Shown here: in pieces, positions 1-10,579 of the stretch | Layout: every line of letters starts with the position of its first letter | How positions within the stretch are numbered: the stretch's first letter is position 1 | Origin: an uncultured virus (IMG/VR IMGVR_UViG_3300008267_000234) | Lineage: Duplodnaviria > Heunggongvirae > Uroviricota > Caudoviricetes | Length of the DNA stretch: 64,000 nt | IMG/VR virus record: IMGVR_UViG_3300008267_000234 | Direction: 5' to 3' (one strand) | The notes under the pieces: model-generated | Seen by the model: only the letters and a program-made list of their open reading frames with translations | Database searches by the model: none | What the model was told of the DNA's origin: nothing | Translations under genes and position numbers: made by a program

Positions 1-56
1 GGCGTCGAAGCCGCGCTCCTCCATGCGCTGACGATGAGCCGACTCAAGGTAGGTCT

Positions 57-221
57 TCATGCGGGTTCGACCTCCATGTTGGCGATTGAAGGGAACCGTT
101 CAAATAGGGTGCGGAGACCCGTCACCAGATTCGTGATCCCGGTTTGCGTCTTTCGGAATGCGGTCAGTCTGTTTTCCGCGAAGTAGAAGACGGTTCCGTT
201 TGGGATATGCTTGAGCTTCAT
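57..221 (-). CDS. Small early hypothetical protein (54 aa, MKLKHIPNGTVFYF...)
   Basis: Read by hand (below ORF-track cutoff); stop overlaps next ATG (ATGA) of an ORF running off the window edge. Confidence 0.6.
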   Translation of the reverse strand: MKLKHIPNGTVFYFAENRLTAFRKTQTGITNLVTGLRTLFERFPSIANMEVEPA

Positions 222-253
222 TTTGTGTTTCGGTTGGAGTTGCCGGGAAAGTG

Positions 254-418
254 TTATGGAATTTTGATTCCTTTGTTGTACTCGGCGACGTAAGCTTCTG
301 CTTCTTTGCCCGTCTTGAAAGTCTTGTGAGGGGTCGTGGAGTAAAGCCCGATCACCACTTCCCAGTTTTTTCCACGCTTGGAATAACAGGCGATTTTGTT
401 TTTGAGTTCTGTGTTCAT
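254..418 (-). CDS. Small early hypothetical protein (54 aa, MNTELKNKIACYS...)
   Basis: Read by hand; A/C-rich leader, same orientation as neighbours. Confidence 0.6.
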   Translation of the reverse strand: MNTELKNKIACYSKRGKNWEVVIGLYSTTPHKTFKTGKEAEAYVAEYNKGIKIP

Positions 419-441
419 GTGAAAACGAGATTGAGTTGGGA

Positions 442-723
442 TTACAGCCAGCGACCCTTATTCATTACATCCTCGCCATTGATGAGGAGGGTGGCAGTGT
501 CGCAGAATTCGTCGTCGTCGCGCAGGTTCAGAATGTCGATGGCTCGCCAAGCCTCAGATTCACCGTCAAACGAGATATCAATCAGTCCGTGCTTGTCGTT
601 GGAGTTGACGGTGGACTGGCGGTCGATGGTGATACAGAACTCTGCATCCCTGACTTCAGAGAAGTGAATGGTGGCATGGGCAATGCCTGCGGCGTCGAGC
701 TGGGAGGAATAGTCTGGTTTCAT
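442..723 (-). CDS. Hypothetical protein (93 aa)
   Basis: ORF with plausible composition in minus-strand early cluster. Confidence 0.7.
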   Translation of the reverse strand: MKPDYSSQLDAAGIAHATIHFSEVRDAEFCITIDRQSTVNSNDKHGLIDISFDGESEAWRAIDILNLRDDDEFCDTATLLINGEDVMNKGRWL

Positions 724-802
724 GTGTTCTGTGGATTGAGATTAAATGGAGCTGAACTCCCTGCTGCCCCCGGCGTGAACCGGGAGCAGACGGGAATGCA
801 GG

Positions 803-1144
803 TTACCAGACTCCCATCGACTGCAAAGCATGACGGTCATAATCCAGCCAAGCAGGGAAGCGGTATTCGGAGAGCTTCGTCGCGAATTCTTTTGCCGCCG
901 GATCCCTGAGCATCATGACTGCCGAGATGCTTAGCTTGTATGCATTCGGCTGCATCCCCTGCCATGCGGCACACGCCATCTGGTCGTCAAAGGCGGAAGG
1001 GGATTTGGCCTTGAGGTAGCCTTTCTTTTTGCCTTTGGAGGCGATGGCCCGCAGCATGGCTGCTTTTTGGTCCGGGGTGAGCCATTCGATTTTGCTGGCA
1101 AAGAAATTGATGATGTCGGCAGGTTCGGTGTAGGGGCGTGTCAT
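803..1144 (-). CDS. Hypothetical protein (113 aa)
   Basis: ORF followed by hairpin at ~756-797. Confidence 0.75.
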   Translation of the reverse strand: MTRPYTEPADIINFFASKIEWLTPDQKAAMLRAIASKGKKKGYLKAKSPSAFDDQMACAAWQGMQPNAYKLSISAVMMLRDPAAKEFATKLSEYRFPAWLDYDRHALQSMGVW

Positions 1145-1221
1145 ATATTCAGTAGGTTGATGCGGTGATTCTGTTACAGATTGCGATTAGGTCAAAAAGA
1201 ATCTCAATACGCAAAGACGTA

Positions 1222-1464
1222 TCAATCGGTTGGGAGGTGAGCGTCAGCGTAAACAGTAATCCATTTGGCGTGTTGCTCGCTCCAATATTGGAGGGTATAC
1301 CGGACCAAGGAGTCGGGTTCCTCGTCGAAAAAGCACCGCTCCTCAGCCTGCTCGTCACAGGTTGCCTGACCGCTCCAAGCAGTTTCTCCGTTTTCCAGCA
1401 TGCGGTACGTGCGTGTTTTCGTGCGATGGTAGTCTTCAGGTGTCATATATTGCGATTGTGTCAC
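1222..1464 (-). CDS. Hypothetical protein (~74-80 aa)
   Basis: ORF in early cluster; start may be the second Met. Confidence 0.65.
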   Translation of the reverse strand: MTQSQYMTPEDYHRTKTRTYRMLENGETAWSGQATCDEQAEERCFFDEEPDSLVRYTLQYWSEQHAKWITVYADAHLPTD

Positions 1465-1518
1465 CCGCGATTAGATCGTCCAGAGATTTGTTTATACGCG
1501 ATTGAGTACGCGAGGGAA

Positions 1519-1588
1519 CGCCCCAGCTCCGCCCCAGCTCCGCCCCCAGCTCCGCCCCCAGCTCCGCCCCCAGCTCCGCCCCCAGCTC
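1519..1588. repeat. Tandem repeat CGCCCC(C)AGCTC x6
   Basis: Two 11-bp and four 12-bp head-to-tail units between divergent gene clusters. Confidence 0.97.
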
Positions 1589-1693
1589 GTTTTCGCCGCC
1601 TTACGTGAATGCGTAGTAAAATAATCATGCGGAGTGACTGACGGTGGCGTTTAATAGGGTGGGAATTATCCCAACCAACCACATACTGAGTAA

Positions 1694-1906
1694 ATGAACA
1701 CCCTAATCCTCACCACGTATCACGGCCCGACTAATTGCAAGGGCTCGCGCATCAAATGCCAATCATGGAAAGGCGTAACCTGGCATAGTTTCGACTATGG
1801 CGCGAGGTGCCCGCATGAAGCCGCAGCAAAGGAGCATGCGGAAAAACACGGGCTTCCCTCACCCGTCGCAATCGCCGGAATCAACTCCCCCGCGTTCATT
1901 GCTTGA
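1694..1906 (+). CDS. Phage early protein (70 aa, TTYHGPTNCKGSRIK motif)
   Basis: N-terminal T.Y.GPTN..GSRIK motif familiar from small phage early proteins. Confidence 0.75.
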   Translation: MNTLILTTYHGPTNCKGSRIKCQSWKGVTWHSFDYGARCPHEAAAKEHAEKHGLPSPVAIAGINSPAFIA

Positions 1907-1931
1907 ATTGAACCCCTCACCTACTGAATAT

Positions 1932-2639
1932 ATGTCACATCACACGTTTCACTTGTCACTCTCCTCTAATGCGAAAACGGGGAGGATTTATGTTTCCACT
2001 ACATCCGGCGATACCTGCCCCGCAGCATGCCCATTCAGGCATGACAATGCGGGAGGATGCTACGCCGGATCCGGTCCTCTTGCGCTTCACTGGCGTAAGG
2101 TGACGGCAGGGGAGCGGGGAGGGAATCTGGAAAGCTTCACCGCTCAAATCCGCGCAATCCCGGAGGGTTCACTATGGCGACACAATCAAGCGGGGGATTT
2201 ACCAGGGGAGGGAGACGCAATTAATGCGTCAGCACTCGCGGCAATTGTGGAGGCTAATCGCGGGAGGCGCGGTTTTACGTATACCCACAAGCCCGTGCTG
2301 GGGAGCGGTGCGCAAGAGGCGTCGAACCGTGACGCAATCGCGAGCGCAAACGCCAACGGTTTCACCGCGAACCTGTCCGGAAATACTCTCTCCCACGCTG
2401 ATCAGCTCTCGAGCCTAGGGATTGGCCCCGTTTGCGTGGTCCTGCCATCGGATGCGCCCGATACCTCATTCACTCCGGAGGGGAGAAAGGTGATTGTTTG
2501 CCCAGCCCAGCAAAAGGAGGGGATTACTTGCGCAACCTGCCAGCTATGCGCCAGGGGAAGCCGTTCAATAATTATCGGATTTCTGGCGCATGGCACAAGC
2601 CACAAAAAGGTGTCGACGGTAGCGAGGGGGGAAGCATGA
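1932..2639 (+). CDS. Cys-rich gp88-like phage protein (235 aa)
   Basis: N.KTG...STT..TCP..CP....CY, RHNQAGD, FTYTH, CPAQ, C..C.LC and HG motifs; start moved to ATG 1932. Confidence 0.75.
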   Translation: MSHHTFHLSLSSNAKTGRIYVSTTSGDTCPAACPFRHDNAGGCYAGSGPLALHWRKVTAGERGGNLESFTAQIRAIPEGSLWRHNQAGDLPGEGDAINASALAAIVEANRGRRGFTYTHKPVLGSGAQEASNRDAIASANANGFTANLSGNTLSHADQLSSLGIGPVCVVLPSDAPDTSFTPEGRKVIVCPAQQKEGITCATCQLCARGSRSIIIGFLAHGTSHKKVSTVARGEA

Positions 2640-2722
2640 GTGAAGAGCGAATTATGAAAATAACGGCCATAATCGCGCTCATTCTGGCGGTTTTGGGGGC
2701 AATCTTGTTTGCTTCACCGTAA
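2636..2722 (+). CDS. Tiny membrane peptide (28 aa)
   Basis: ATGA overlap with upstream gene; one hydrophobic helix. Confidence 0.45.
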   Translation: MSEERIMKITAIIALILAVLGAILFASP

Positions 2723-2737
2723 GCGGCAGACAGACAG

Positions 2738-2775
2738 AAAGCGGGGCCTCACCTTCACGGGTGGGGCCTTTCCGC
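2738..2775 (+). terminator. Hairpin/terminator
   Basis: GGGGCCTCACC-TTCACG-GGTGGGGCCTTT stem-loop. Confidence 0.6.
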
Positions 2776-2855
2776 GTATGCGTAGAAGAAAAAGGGTGGC
2801 GCGAGGGTTGACAAGATTCATATTTGGACCTCAGGCAGCAAACACGAACAAGAAA

Positions 2856-3053
2856 ATGAACACCGAAAAACGTGAAATCAAAAAACTAAAAGCGAACGCA
2901 TTAGCCGATTTTATTGCGGATAACACGGCGGTTTACGTCACCGAAGAGGATGCAGACAACGAGGACCGTCCGTTGGATTGCTCCCATACGCCGCATTCAA
3001 TCCTAATGTCTGATCTTCAGGCACAAGCGAAAGACGGGCATGGTTTTTTCTGA
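2856..3053 (+). CDS. Hypothetical protein (65 aa)
   Basis: ATG 2856 downstream of TTGACA at 2808. Confidence 0.65.
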   Translation: MNTEKREIKKLKANALADFIADNTAVYVTEEDADNEDRPLDCSHTPHSILMSDLQAQAKDGHGFF

Positions 3054-3083
3054 ATGATTCCAGAGCAACGCCCCCCCCCAATT

Positions 3084-3290
3084 ATGAACACCCTCGACCT
3101 TCTCCTTCTCTCCCTCGCGTGGGCCGTCGTCTCCTCCTATGGGGCCGCGTATGCATGGACTCACTCCCCCGCAATCATCCGCTCCATCTCCTCCCACCTT
3201 ACAAACGCTGGCGCTCGTAAAGTCGGGGGGATATGGTTCATGAGGGCCGGGAAAATCCGCGTCTCATTCTGCATCTCCTCTAAATCCTAA
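3084..3290 (+). CDS. Small membrane protein (68 aa)
   Basis: N-terminal hydrophobic helix; RKVGGIWF..G..RVSFC tail. Confidence 0.65.
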   Translation: MNTLDLLLLSLAWAVVSSYGAAYAWTHSPAIIRSISSHLTNAGARKVGGIWFMRAGKIRVSFCISSKS

Positions 3291-3302
3291 TCCCCTCCAC
3301 AA

Positions 3303-3518
3303 ATGAAAATCAAATGGACACAAGCAGACGGCGACCCTGTCGCTGAATTCCCCAACGGCGAAATCCTCCGCTTTTACTCATCAGGCGGCGGGGGAATGCT
3401 GACGCATCCGGCGAGGGGAGATGTTGGCAGCTTCTCGTTCCCTCTCCGGAATGCAGGTGATGCGTTCCACGCCCTACGCTTAGGGAAGCCGCTCCCCGAT
3501 CACTGCAAGGGTTGGTGA
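3303..3518 (+). CDS. Hypothetical protein (71 aa)
   Basis: ORF followed by terminator. Confidence 0.65.
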   Translation: MKIKWTQADGDPVAEFPNGEILRFYSSGGGGMLTHPARGDVGSFSFPLRNAGDAFHALRLGKPLPDHCKGW

Positions 3519-3536
3519 TGCCCCCCCTCCCCACAC

Positions 3537-3572
3537 AAGCCCGCTCCTTTTCACTAGGGGGCGGGCTTTTTC
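3537..3572 (+). terminator. Rho-independent terminator
   Basis: AAGCCCGCTCCT...AGGGGGCGGGCTTTTT. Confidence 0.8.
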
Positions 3573-3574
3573 GT

Positions 3575-4480
3575 GCCCGGATGCTGCAACCCTGAAACGT
3601 GGTCAGCTACAAGGAGAGACTGAACACAGGGGAGGGCAGGGATGAACGCGGGGACGGTGCCGGCACTGAATCCCCACTTGACAAGCACCGCAGCTTGAAT
3701 CGAAAGACGGGGGGGAAGGGGGGCCGATTGAAGAGAGTTCGATGGTTCAAGCGGAACAAGTGAAGGTGAAGGTGAAGGTGAGAGAGTGTGAAGGATGAGG
3801 ATGAGGATGAGAGAAGCGGAGGGGAAGGAGAGAAACGGAACAAAGAAGCGAGGGAGGAAAGGAGCGGATCCGCAACCCGGATCGAATCAGGAGGGGAGAG
3901 ACAAGCGAGGGAACCTGGAACCCCAGGGAAAGGATGAAGCCGGAAAGGGGATGCAGACTGGGGAGTGACTCAGGAAAAAGAGCGCCCTCAGCTACGGGAA
4001 AGAAGGGAGAAAGAAGGGAACGGCTGATTCCCTCCGCCCCCTCGATACCAAACAATCCGCGCCCCCTCGCGCCCCGACGTTTGCCAATATGGGCAAATAT
4101 CCCCCTGATCCAGCCCTTCCATCCCCTCCTTTCCATGAAGAACCGTTCACGTTTTACATTACGGGTATTGTAGGTAGTTATGGAATGCCGGAAATCCCCC
4201 CGGTGGATACCTCGAAGCCGTCCCGGCATGCAGTGACTGTGGTGCGGTGGTGGCGGTGGTGACGGTGACGGTGCGAGCCATGCCGCTCTCTAATGCGTTG
4301 AATGTGAGGGAGTTGCGACACCACCACGGGTAGGGGCGGGGGAGGGGGCGGCGAGTCCATCTTTTATATATCCCCCCCTCTTCAAAAATTTCCCTTATTT
4401 TCTCCCCCTACTCTTTCTTCATCGTTCCTTCATGTTCTCATTTCGCCCCTCTTCATGCTTGCCCTGGTCCTCCACTTAAA
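3575..4480. other. Long non-coding, strand-skewed region; putative genome end/packaging region
   Basis: Purine-rich then pyrimidine-rich tracts, hexamer microrepeats, G-runs at 4328-4352, no credible ORF; convergent gene blocks on each side. Confidence 0.5.
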
Positions 4481-4588
4481 TGCCTTCTGTGGAGCCATGG
4501 TTCCTGTTGTCTGGGATCTACCCTTCCTCCAAGTGTAGCACATGCTACATTTTCGTCCCTGCGAGGTCCATGGGATTCCCGTCTACCT

Positions 4589-6862
4589 TCATCTATGCAG
4601 CAGCGCCGTCCATTTCCCTTCGCGTTTGTAGATTCCGCATGGCTGGAACTTCAGCAGTCCGGTGTCTCGGCTGATTGTGTACGGCACTCCGGCGAAGAGG
4701 CAGATGGCGCAGGCTTCTTCCTTGGTGAGATCGGAGGCGTACTCTTTGGCTGCGGCGGATCTGGCGGCGTTCTTGAAACGCTTGATGTAGTGGTTGGCTA
4801 TGCCGGGTGTTGTTGTTTCTTCGTTCATTTTTTGATTATACCCTTTGCTACATTCCGTCCCCGAAGAAACCCCGGAGATTGCTCTGCCGGGGGGGGTGCT
4901 TCTTACTCTTCGCCATGGAGCATCCTGCGGAGTTCCCCTTCCATTCGGATTAGTGCATCGGCGCGGCCTTGGTTGTACATGCTCCACTTGCTTTCATCGC
5001 CGTTGTCTTCGTTCCTGTATGCGGACGCTTGTTTCTGGATTTCATCCAGCCACCCGTGTAGAGCCTTGCTGTTTATCTTAGTGTCTTCAATGATGTCTTT
5101 ACTCATGGATTGTTTGATTTGCCTCCCTCCAGCGCCAGAATATGCGCCATAGCCTCCTTCTTGGCGGTCTCAAGATCGGTTGGGGTTGAGTAGGTGTTCT
5201 GTCCGCCACCATGCCAGAACCATGATCCGTCCTTGTTTTTCTGAACGATTGCGAGCCAGTCCTCTCCTCCTCTGCTTAGGCGGCGGGTCTCTGGGCCGTA
5301 CCTTTGCTTCTCCTTTCGCCAAGAGAGGCGAGGTTTCGTGGATTTGGGTTCGTTGTTCATGCTTCCTCCTTCCTCTTCGCCTCTTCCAGCAACCTCTCCA
5401 GCTTGAACTTCACGGAGAAGAACCCATCTTCCGGGAGCCTTGCGGTGAAGAAGGACATGCCCATGCAGGAGTCTTCGTCGGCCTCGTAGGCAAACTGGTC
5501 GAGAAGGTAAATAAGCTCATCCAGGTCTTCCACTGAGATATTGATCGTTGGCTTGTTCATATCCCCACCTCCGTCCAACGTACAATCTCCCCATCTGGCG
5601 CTACCCACCAGTCCGTCTGTGTTTCGTAGTAGGCGTTGAGTTCCGTAATCTTTTCTGGAGTAAACGCACGCCAGTAGCCCTTCGGATCAAATTTGTGCCT
5701 ATGCGGTCTGTACCCTCTTTCGATCAGGGCGGCTTTGGTTTCTTCGGGGATGCCTTCGTTCATGGATTTTGCGTAAGGATTGCTGATAAGCGGCGCGTCC
5801 TGTGTCCCCAGCACCAGCGGCAGAGATGGATTTCGCAGTCTTTCCCTTCGTAGAAGATGCCTGATTTTCGTGTGCGGCATGATCTTCGGTTGAGGCACCC
5901 GTCACACCAAGTCAGCAAGCGATCCGCTGGTTTTGGAGCGGCACAGGTTTTCGGGGCTTCTTCGTTCATGCCTTCAGTCCCTTCACGACTTCCGTGGTGT
6001 CTTCATTCCAATCGCTATGGTCGCAGCCATTGGACATACGGCAAAGTGCCATACGGAGCAGTCTGTCATTTCGATGAGCTTTGCCCGTCCCAGCATCCAT
6101 GCCCCGCGTTCGGGTGTGATCTTCTTAATCCTGCGGAATCCGTTTCCCCGGAAGCTCCGACCTTCACCGTCCACCACGTCATGCCTTGGCGGGTTGTGGC
6201 TTGTTGGTCCTGCGTAGAATCCGATGCACCAGTGATCTCCGGGGTCTCCGTCACTGTACTTGGTGGCGAGGACGTAGTCTCCGATGGTCGGGAGCGGGCG
6301 TTTGGTTTCGCGTGTATTCATAATTTCACTCTTTATCCCTGAACTCCATGGAGCAGGCGAGGGCTACGAGGTTTGCGCTTAGGGTCAAGAGGATGTATTT
6401 CATAATCTCACTCCGGGACGAGTCTGAATCTGCGCCATTCGTAGCCGGGATTGAGGGTGTACCGCCACTCCTCCCACACCGCCAGATCCGTCATATCCAC
6501 TTCTCCAGTCTTGGTATCCACGACAGCCCAGACAAAGAGATCGGTGGATTCCGTCCGGTAACGCATCCCGTCAACGACAGGATAGTCAACGCGGAATAGT
6601 TGCGGTTCTTCGTTCATGCCTTCGCCCTCAGCACCCTCCGGGTCTTGGTTTCTTCCTCCTCGACGATCTCGTAGTTCTCCTTCAGCTTCTTGGCCTCTTG
6701 GAGGATCTGGGCTTGGACGGCGTCGTTCAGTGACTTCCCGGCCCATGCGTCTGCGTGTATTGCAAAGTCCATCAGGGAGATGAGGTACGTCCGTTTGTCA
6801 GATTCCAGATACCAGATGACCGAGTCGATGTACTGGATGGCTTCTTGGATTTCTTTGTTCAT
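4589..6862 (-). other. Run of small hypothetical genes: 4589-4828, 4903-5106, 5103-5360, 5357-5560, 5557-5763, 5760-5969, 5983-6321, 6408-6617, 6614-6862
   Basis: Most linked by ATGA stop-start overlaps; starts adjusted to the coupled Met. Confidence 0.75.
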
Positions 6863-6870
6863 AGTAAAAC

Positions 6871-7503
6871 TCAATACGCCCACTTCGCATCTCCCAGGAT
6901 CTCATCGGAATCCTGCCACCATTCATCCCATTTGGCGTTGGAGGCTGCGTCCCAGTCTGGGATTGCGGAGATTGCGTCCTTCTTGGTGAGCGAGGTTGGC
7001 AGGTACTTGATGCGGTTGTTCGGGTAGATGGCGATCTGTCCGTTGGAGAGACGGATGACATTCCCCTCCTTGTGTTCTTCCAGGAGTTCAGCGTCCCCGA
7101 CATCCAAGGTTCCTGCGGCTTGTCCCTCTGGGAGATAGTCGATGGTGAACATGTAATGCCCCGACATTGGCGGATGTCCCTTGCCTAGATTGACGAGGAC
7201 GGGCACGTCGTTCAGTTGATCCTTCCTCCAGACTTCGATGGAGCCAGAGAGGCATTCCCACATCTGGACCTTGTGGAGAGGGATGGCTTTGTCCGTCGCT
7301 TCCGGCAGGCACCAGTAGATGCAGTGCGGCGGGACTTTGTCGTAGCAGGCTGCGTACTTCTCGACCCAGACTTGGAAGCAGAGCGGGCGGTTTCGCATTG
7401 CACGGACGGATACCAGCCATGCGGGTTCGTACTGGGACGGATCACCGCCGAATGCGTCACAACGGACGAAGACTTTGGCTTTGGGGAGGTTGGCGTTTCT
7501 CAT
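6871..7503 (-). CDS. Hypothetical phage protein (210 aa)
   Basis: Long ORF, ATGA-coupled; no family recognised with certainty. Confidence 0.8.
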   Translation of the reverse strand: MRNANLPKAKVFVRCDAFGGDPSQYEPAWLVSVRAMRNRPLCFQVWVEKYAACYDKVPPHCIYWCLPEATDKAIPLHKVQMWECLSGSIEVWRKDQLNDVPVLVNLGKGHPPMSGHYMFTIDYLPEGQAAGTLDVGDAELLEEHKEGNVIRLSNGQIAIYPNNRIKYLPTSLTKKDAISAIPDWDAASNAKWDEWWQDSDEILGDAKWAY

Positions 7504-8717
7504 TTGTCCCCCAGCAATAACTTAGCTGCCCGCTCAATGAAAGCCTTCGCCTCATACGGTTCTGCGTATCCGGCACCGTATGGGCTTACGCCATCGTATA
7601 TCTCATGGTGGTGGAAGCGGGCGTCGTGGTCGAGCGGATCTCCATCTGGCGTTGCTGCGATGGACAGGGACCAGTTGTTACCCCTGCTCCGGAAGTAGAA
7701 CGGCAGTCCGTTGATCTTGCCTTCTGCCTGCACGGGGCAGAGTCCGCAGGGGCCTTGTTCGTATTCGATGGTCATGGCGTATCCTTCGGCTTGATGTAAA
7801 GCGGGCATTCCTCTTCTTCGATGTCCGTAGGCATCACCCGCACAACGCAATCTCCTGGCGGGCATGTCCTACGCAGGCAGTCCTTGCAGTCTTTGCGCCA
7901 TCCGGTTGCGGTGGCGATCCCGTAACATCTGGCTACGTCGTTTGGCAGTGTATTCATGGCTTCCTTTCCTTCATTTGCAGATAATCCGCAATCTCCCCGA
8001 CTGCCCCAATCAGAAGGAACAGCGCGAACTCAATCGGCGTAGACCCCGGTGGCGTTTCGGCTTTGTTGTTAAGTACGTCGCGCCCGCTTTTACAGCCAAG
8101 CTCGGCACGTAGCAGCGCCCACTCTTCCGATGTTTCTGGTTTCTTGCTCATGGATTCGCAAGCGGCAGAGATGACGGAAGAAGACCCTCCGCACTATCGG
8201 AGATCCCGATTCGGGTTGGATACTCATCCTCGGATTTTCCTGTGTAGCCCCCGTATCCAGCGCAGATTACGCAATACGTTCCGTCCGAGAAGTCGAGCTT
8301 GAGCCATCCAGTGTCATCAAACTCCGGCATTTTCATCTCGGTGACGCTTGTGATTGTTTTTCCAATTATGTTCATAGATCATTTCTCGCAGCTTGGCTGA
8401 ATAATATGGTACTTCCGGGTGAACTTGTCGCCCTCAAAAGCAGGTTCTCCGTAAACGAGTATCGGGTTGCCGTCGAGGGTGACGGTCTTCAAATCCACCC
8501 CGATCTGTGCATGAAGCTGTATCCGCCACCTTACTTCGTTTACGTCCCAATCCTCCGTGCCGAGATGAAGGCTGATTGCTTTGCGGTACAAAGCGTCTAG
8601 TCCGCCAATCACTGCTCTCACAGCCTCATCCTGAATCCTCTTCATGGCATCCGCGAACTCCTTGTCCACAAGATACTCGGGCTCAAAGCCTGCGGTGGCG
8701 TATGGGTTTTCGCTCAT
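7500..8717 (-). other. Small hypothetical genes: 7500-7775, 7772-7957 (Cys-rich), 7954-8151, 8148-8375, 8379-8717
   Basis: Tightly packed or overlapping ORFs. Confidence 0.72.
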
Positions 8718-8718
8718 A

Positions 8719-9306
8719 TCAACCCCAGGTTTCCGCCATGGCATCGGCAATTCCTTGATATGTCGTGGACCGAATCTTCCAGCGGTCGGCACTTGGCGGT
8801 AGCTTGTTCTGTCCTGAATCCGTCTGATTTCCCCAGCGAGGTCTTCCGTTTACGATACGAGGCGCAATTATGTTTGTGGGTTGGAGCTTCGGTAGATTCT
8901 TGAGCCAGAGACAAGTTGCCTTGCTGGCGTCGTGCCCGAACTGGTATGGATGGATGATTTGATCCGGCTTCCTAATTCTGGATGAGATGATGGATACTGG
9001 GTTCTCCAAGGCGATTTTCGGGATATTGGCGCTAAGGAGGAGTCGAACGAAGTCGAGGGCTTTGTCTGTTTCTTCCCAGCCTCTGCCCCGGTTGTTCCAA
9101 TGGATGCCAGAGACGCTGAGGTATGTGCATGGAGGGTGTGCGATCATCAGATCCCAACCGTCATCCAGAATATCACAGACATCCCCTTGGTAATGCGGAC
9201 CCGGCTTATCTGTTGGCAGAAGGTCGCAACTCATGGCGTCGTGTCCTTTTGCAATGAACGCATCCCGGACGGTTCCTGAGTATTCGCAGGCGACTAGGAC
9301 TTTCAT
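8719..9306 (-). CDS. Phage C5 DNA cytosine methyltransferase-like protein (short form, 195 aa)
   Basis: MKVLVACEYSG (variant motif I), DLMIAHPPC (catalytic PC), ALENP (motif VI); start at ATG 9306 coupled to upstream stop. Confidence 0.85.
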   Translation of the reverse strand: MKVLVACEYSGTVRDAFIAKGHDAMSCDLLPTDKPGPHYQGDVCDILDDGWDLMIAHPPCTYLSVSGIHWNNRGRGWEETDKALDFVRLLLSANIPKIALENPVSIISSRIRKPDQIIHPYQFGHDASKATCLWLKNLPKLQPTNIIAPRIVNGRPRWGNQTDSGQNKLPPSADRWKIRSTTYQGIADAMAETWG

Positions 9307-9638
9307 ACAAAGTCCTCCATCTTGATTACGGGGTGAATGTGGTGCGGGTCGTCCGATGATCTCATCCACGGGTGATTGTGTTCGCTTTTGAACGGGACTA
9401 CTGGATCTGCACCGTCGTTTAGAATTGCCTCTGCGTAGGTGATCCAGTCCCTTACGTATTCGATATACCGCTTGGCTTCGTGGTAATGACGCATGTCGAA
9501 GTCGTAGTGGTGCATCTGGCTTTCAGCCCAATCCACTTTCTTCCTCCACTGCTTAACCCTGATTCGCGGACGGTTCCACGGCTTGGCTTTCGGCGTGGTA
9601 ATCGGATTCCGCATCCGTTCGTAGACAGGGATTATCAT
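9303..9638 (-). CDS. Hypothetical protein (111 aa)
   Basis: Coupled ORF. Confidence 0.65.
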   Translation of the reverse strand: MIIPVYERMRNPITTPKAKPWNRPRIRVKQWRKKVDWAESQMHHYDFDMRHYHEAKRYIEYVRDWITYAEAILNDGADPVVPFKSEHNHPWMRSSDDPHHIHPVIKMEDFV

Positions 9639-9804
9639 TTCATCTTCAGTTTCCGGATTGCGGCCTTGAACTCCACCGCCATGTCACGGTGGTACTTCGC
9701 TTCCTCTTTGGCTCCGACCCAGCCTTCCTTCGCCTTCGATGTCTCCATCTTGGCGAGCCTGATGTGGGATTGGTGAATGCTCTTTAGTGTTTCGAGTACG
9801 TGCT

Positions 9805-10029
9805 TCATGTGAGTTTCAGTGTTTGTTCTTGTTCCGGCAGCTTGAACGTCCCCGGCTTGACCCGGATGAGCATTCCTCGCTTCACCATATTAGACAGAAT
9901 CGCGCCTGTGTGCTTTTCCGTATTCGCGTAAACGTCGCCGCCGACTAAGCGGACTGCCTCTTTCAGGGTGACGAAGCCGTTCGTCTTTGCCGAGCGGAGA
10001 ACCGCCTGCTGCTTACGGGAGGGCTTCAT
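9805..10029 (-). CDS. Winged-helix-like small DNA-binding protein
   Basis: LSNMVKRGMLIRVKPGTFKL is a typical wHTH recognition helix plus wing. Confidence 0.65.
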   Translation of the reverse strand: MKPSRKQQAVLRSAKTNGFVTLKEAVRLVGGDVYANTEKHTGAILSNMVKRGMLIRVKPGTFKLPEQEQTLKLT

Positions 10030-10340
10030 GGGTGCAGATGGATCGGTAGCGGGAGGAGATGCCTCCAGTGGGTCACAGTGAGTTGATACTCCGTCATACT
10101 ACTCCACCAATAGTCAGATCCATCCCACCATGCTTGGCTTTGCGTCTTGGTCTGGTCAAGAACTAGAACACCAACCTCCTCTTCCGGAAGCTCATCCTCT
10201 ACGGATACCCACCCAAAGTTCGCTTCCCGTTTCTGGGCGAGCAAGTCTCCGAGTTGATCTTGGAGTTGCCGCTTGAGTTCAGGGTCTCCTTCAAGGGCAA
10301 TGATCTCCTTGAGGTTTGGAATGGCAATAGCTCGGTTCAT
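10026..10340 (-). CDS. DUF551-like protein
   Basis: WVSVEDELP...VLV...VTHW..L..P signature. Confidence 0.75.
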   Translation of the reverse strand: MNRAIAIPNLKEIIALEGDPELKRQLQDQLGDLLAQKREANFGWVSVEDELPEEEVGVLVLDQTKTQSQAWWDGSDYWWSSMTEYQLTVTHWRHLLPLPIHLHP

Positions 10341-10579
10341 ACTTCAAAAAGCCTGCATCCAAAGTTTGCGTCCGTTTCAATGGAGTCAACGACGCCTCCA
10401 CTCCACCCGGCGCTTACGGTAATGTGAACCCCGCAATTCATCCTCGTACATACCCCATCAACCCAGCCGTCGTCCGGGTGAATACTGCGCGAGTAGTTCT
10501 CCAGTGACTCCTTTGTTTTCGACGTAGCCAGCCAGTGCTTGCAGTCCCGGCATAGGCCGAATTGCGGAGGCGGGTTCAT
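10337..10579 (-). CDS. Cys-rich hypothetical protein (80 aa)
   Basis: C..C.HW ... C ... FGC..F. Confidence 0.7.
   Translation of the reverse strand: MNPPPQFGLCRDCKHWLATSKTKESLENYSRSIHPDDGWVDGVCTRMNCGVHITVSAGWSGGVVDSIETDANFGCRLFEV

Noticed and set aside
1519..1588. CRISPR array, or Pro/Gly-repeat ORFs (1165-1608 +, 1461-1682 -)
   Set aside because: Units are contiguous with no spacers; unit length varies 11/12 bp, and the region is a divergent intergenic gap.
3747..4229. Membrane-like ORF in the skewed region
   Set aside because: Composition reflects low-complexity purine/pyrimidine tracts; no credible start context.
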